Assembly (NCBI GenBank): GCA_905178155.1
Contig: CAJINV010000002.1
Coordinates: forward strand, 12,766,387 to 12,830,386
Direction of reading: 5' to 3'
Source of the DNA: Amoebophrya sp. A120
Taxonomy: Eukaryota > Protista > Dinoflagellata
Length of the DNA: 64,000 nucleotides
Part shown: positions 62,863-64,000 of the stretch, one piece after another
Numbering within the stretch: the stretch's first letter is position 1
Layout: each line of letters opens with the position of its first letter
Notes under the pieces: model-generated
Told to the model about the DNA's origin: nothing
Database searches by the model: none
What the model saw: only the letters and a program-made list of their open reading frames with translations
Translations under genes and position numbers: made by a program

Positions 62863-64000
62863 ATGTCAGACGGCGGGCGCGACTTGTCCCTGTCGCGGAG
62901 CGCCAAGAACGAAGAGCTATCCTCGTCGGACGTGGAAAACAAGCAGAAGGCCCCCTCCGCCGCGGAAGAGGACCCCGCGCCGGCGGAAAAGGTTACCGCG
63001 AACGGCCATCATGAGGATGAAAAACCCGCGACCAAGCCCGCGGTGGTGTTGGCGCCTGGGGTCGATTATGGATTGCAAATATGTCTGGGTCTGGAAACAT
63101 GTAATGCTGAAAGTGAATCATAGACGCACTGCAATACGCAGCTATGCATGACAATTTTTTTGACTGCCATGTCTTACGTATTCCGCATGGCAAACTGTGT
63201 TTTTGCGCGACAGGTAAGAGGGCCTTTTCGTGCCTATGCAACACAGAGTCTTGAGTCATGCCAGACAAGCATGACAAGTCTCGCAATCTTCCAGACCCAG
63301 ACATTTTTGCATTTGATATCGATCCTGAGGTGATGGCAATCGCGCTGTCCTGGAACAAAACGGACGAAATTGGGTATTACAGTGAAAAATGCCCCCACCC
63401 CCAAATTTGCAATAATTTGTGATGCGAAGTTTCGAAATGAGAACTTTTTGTCATGCATGAAAGGAACATGAATCTTTATGATGCAGAGTCTAGGCGTATA
63501 TAGCGTTGCTTGCATGACAAGCGCCACTCTTGCTGGGATCTTTTGCAATACAAGTTTTCGCTATTCATCACGTTGGACATCTGTGATGCTGGTAGATGCA
63601 AGAGGGCGAGTGTTTCACTTGGAAAGGTTTGCAATACAAAGACTCCCGAGTTCGGGGGTGGGGGCATTTTTCATTGTAATATTGGGAACGACCGGCTGCA
63701 AGCGCGGGAAATGTGGTACAAGTGGGCGAACGCCAACGGCAAAATCTCCGCGGCCTTCGGGGACGTGTGGTATCAAATGCAAAAATGTCTGGGTCTGGAA
63801 ACTTGTGATGCTGGGTGGCGTATCATGATGAGGCCACAAGTGCTGGCCCAGCATGACAAGTTTCTGAGCTTCTAGGTGTTACCTATTCTGCATGACAAAC
63901 TGCGTTCCTGCATGACAGAAAAATGGAGCGGTTGGGTAACGTGCATGACAGATTCAAGAGTCATGCCAGACAAGCATGACAAACATGCATTCTTCCAGAC
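62863..64000 (+). CDS. Hypothetical protein, 3' part outside window; three introners within its first ~115 codons
   Basis: Frame APGVD|PEVMAIALSWNKTDEIG|NDRLQAREMWYKW...GDVW| is continuous after removals. Confidence 0.65.
63067..63318. mobile_element. Introner family A (252 bp)
   Basis: Family A TIR; DR TCGAT/TCGAT. Confidence 0.93.
63375..63681. mobile_element. Introner family F (307 bp)
   Basis: Family F TIR; DR TTGGG/TTGGG. Confidence 0.93.
63771..64000. mobile_element. Introner family A, truncated by window end
   Basis: Left TIR TATCAAATGCAAAAATGTCTGGGTCTGGAA; interior like 23495-23747; right TIR begins (TTCCAGAC) at the window edge; predicted DR TGTGG. Confidence 0.88.

Noticed and set aside
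3902-64000. Recurring peptides in the ORF track ([41 protein letters not shown]) as a repeated protein domain
   Set aside because: They are six-frame translations of the family A TIR, occur in all frames and strands, and run into stops.

Overview
Eukaryotic genomic DNA with about 18 intron-containing genes, all on the + strand: MAT, SEC23, a PhyH dioxygenase, a VTT/TMEM64-like protein, a bestrophin-like channel, an SCP2-type thiolase, a ZnT9-like transporter, proteasome beta-2, a NIF/SCP phosphatase, a single-domain voltage-gated channel and several hypotheticals. The architecture suggests a syndinian dinoflagellate such as Amoebophrya (inference). The dominant feature is about 29 short elements (mostly 140-360 bp) that look like non-autonomous DNA transposons: TAT...ATA ends, terminal inverted repeats (TIRs), a 5-bp flanking direct repeat (DR) of arbitrary sequence, and shared internal TGTSATGC motifs. 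All but one interrupt coding exons, in either orientation and without GT-AG ends. For every complete coding copy, removing the element plus one 5-bp repeat restores the reading frame, and conserved motifs where the protein is recognisable. They therefore behave as non-canonical 'introner' introns, from several TIR families and of different ages. Also present: a 1.58-kb poly(A)-tailed retroposon nested inside one introner, two 5'-truncated RTE-like LINE fragments and a 166-bp dimeric tandem repeat. All calls are from manual reading; no database searches were run.
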